DNA from: Octopus sinensis
Taxonomy: Eukaryota
Direction of reading: 5' to 3'
Assembly: GCF_006345805.1 (NCBI RefSeq)
Contig: NW_021827233.1
Location: 1-10,980 of the forward strand
Length of the DNA stretch: 10,980 bases
Both the position numbers and the translations under genes were made by a program. Within the stretch, counting starts at the first letter, position 1. Each line of letters starts with the position of its first letter. The notes below the pieces were generated by a model. The model did not search any database. It was not told the origin of the DNA and saw nothing but the letters and a program-made list of their open reading frames with translations. Positions 9,296-10,980 of the stretch are shown here, piece by piece.

Positions 9296-9338
9296 GTTCT
9301 TTCGTTCTTCTTTCATCTTTTACTTGTTCCAGTCATTA

Positions 9339-9726
9339 TTCTTTTATTCTTTTATTCTTTTACTTGTTTCAGTCATTTGACTGCGGCCATGCTGGAGCAC
9401 CACCTTTTAGTCGAGCATTCGACCTCAGGACTATCGGTCTCTTTTTGCCGAACCGCTAAGTTACAGGGACGTACGTAAACACACCAGTATCAGATGTCAA
9501 GCGATGTTGGGGGGGGGGGACAAACACAGACACACAAACACATACACACATGTATATACATATATACGACGGGCTTCTTTAAGTTTCCGTCTACCAAAGC
9601 CACTCATATGGCTTTGGTCGGACTGAGGCTATAGTAGAAGACACTTGCTCCAGGTGCCACGCAGTGGGACTGAACCCGGAACCATGTGGTTGGTAAGCAA
9701 GCTACTTACTACACAGACACTCCAGC
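9339..9726 (-). mobile_element. Near full-length tRNA-derived SINE (copy F)
   Basis: Colinear with copy D. Tail (ttctttta)n at 9339-9362, short internal CA/TA microsatellite ~9523-9567, head with gggactgaacccgg (reverse complement of the B-box-like motif) at 9666-9679. Confidence 0.93.
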
Positions 9727-9850
9727 ATATATATGTATGTATATTGAAAGTTGACGGAAAAGAAATAATTTAGAACCGATAGTAAATTTTTCAATATGAT
9801 TTTTTCCCCAGTACACCCCCTGACAATTTTATCAATTCTATGAAGTCTCG

Positions 9851-9908
9851 AAAAAAAAAAAAAAAAGAAAAAAACAAAAACAAAAAAACAAAAGAAAAAA
9901 GGAAAAAA
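9851..9908. repeat. A-rich low-complexity tract
   Basis: Direct reading. Confidence 0.9.
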
Positions 9909-10607
9909 TATTGAACATCTGAGATTCTGAATCGGCGACTTTTTTTAAATAACATTTTCTAATAACAAACAAGCGACCGAAATATATATTATACAAAACA
10001 AAATATATAATTCCATATACGCTTTAAACGTAAACGAAATATGTCTATGTTCAAAAAACAAGTGTTTTCATAGACAATTATTATGCAGAAGATATATTTA
10101 TACACTTTAAATGCGGCATTTTCAACTTTAATCTACTAAGTGGACGCTCAAAACGCTTTATCAGTGATTTACACGAGTGTATGTAACGCACACACAGAGA
10201 AGACACTTTATTTGCCACAAATGTGACGAACATTTAGGGAAGGATTTGAGGGAGTAATATGAAATCATGTTACTGGGAAGCTGAATGAGGGCGGGGTGGG
10301 ATTCTGAAATCGCTACGAAGACATAATTTGAAGGATTACAAGAAAATCAGAGGTGACTTTGTTGGTATGACTGTTTTATAAGATTATAGACCTTAGAATA
10401 TATCCATTTGATCACTGCTATTTCTATCATACAAAACAAACCACATAAAGGAGGGTCTACCTTTCAGTTTGTTTAAGAGATAGAGATTAAATCTGATAAA
10501 ATAAAAGGAAATATTTACTGATCAAGAGAATATTACGATATTAATTAAGGATACGAGGGAAGATCAGATGCAATGCATCAGATTAATTACGCAAATTGGG
10601 AATCAGA

Positions 10608-10808
10608 TGCGTGCGCATGCGCGTAAGTATGTATGTGCGTGTGTCTATGCATGAGTGTAAACATACATTTATAAATGTGTGCGGGTGAATACATGTGCAT
10701 ATATGTATATATGCTTATATATATACATGTGCATATACATGTTTATATATAAATATACATACATATATGTACATACCTACATATATATGTATATATACAT
10801 GCATATAT
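10608..10808. repeat. Degenerate TG/TA/CA microsatellite
   Basis: Direct reading. Confidence 0.88.
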
Positions 10809-10980
10809 GGGTACAGGACGTAAAAAAAATAAACGTGAACAAAATGAGAAACGAGAACATAAAAAACAAAAACATGGAAAACGAACTTTTTTTCGAACAA
10901 CGAAATAAATAAATAGAGAAAGGAGACAGGCAACATAAAGAACATTTCCTTCACCAGTTGTCCCCTGTTTTGTCTACTCC
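10808..10980. repeat. Probable interspersed repeat running off the window end (class uncertain, possibly Penelope-like)
   Basis: gggtacaggacg..aacgtgaacaaaatgagaaacgagaac..gcaacataaagaacatt..cagttgtcccctgtttt resembles a recurrent octopus repeat from memory. Truncated by the window edge. Confidence 0.35.

Noticed and set aside
10612-10628. NRF1-like tgcgcatgcgcg overlapping a gtaagt donor-like site
   Set aside because: Sits at the edge of an alternating purine-pyrimidine microsatellite where such motifs arise by chance; the upstream open frame has no pyrimidine-rich acceptor.
1-10980. CRISPR array, operon or other prokaryotic system
   Set aside because: No regularly spaced repeat-spacer units or gene-dense coding; the architecture is that of an animal genome.

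Overview
AT-rich, repeat-dense eukaryotic DNA that looks intronic or intergenic. The dominant SINE resembles repeats I recall from octopus genomes, so the source is probably a coleoid cephalopod (inference, no search run). I can support no intact host gene or RNA gene, and most ORF-track entries are microsatellite artefacts. Supported content: (1) an 863-bp internally deleted, dead mariner transposon (3447-4309) with 30-bp TIRs and recognisable transposase fragments on the minus strand; (2) six substantial copies and two tail fragments of one tRNA-derived SINE carrying an internal microsatellite, several arranged as closely spaced inverted pairs; (3) fragments of other repeats; (4) many microsatellites. 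The best oddities are the inverted SINE pairs (possible dsRNA/A-to-I editing substrates), a spacer-free 40-bp palindrome at 459-498, a ~60-bp junction duplicated 3471 bp apart, and microhomology-bounded deletions. I see no convincing evidence of a new biological system.
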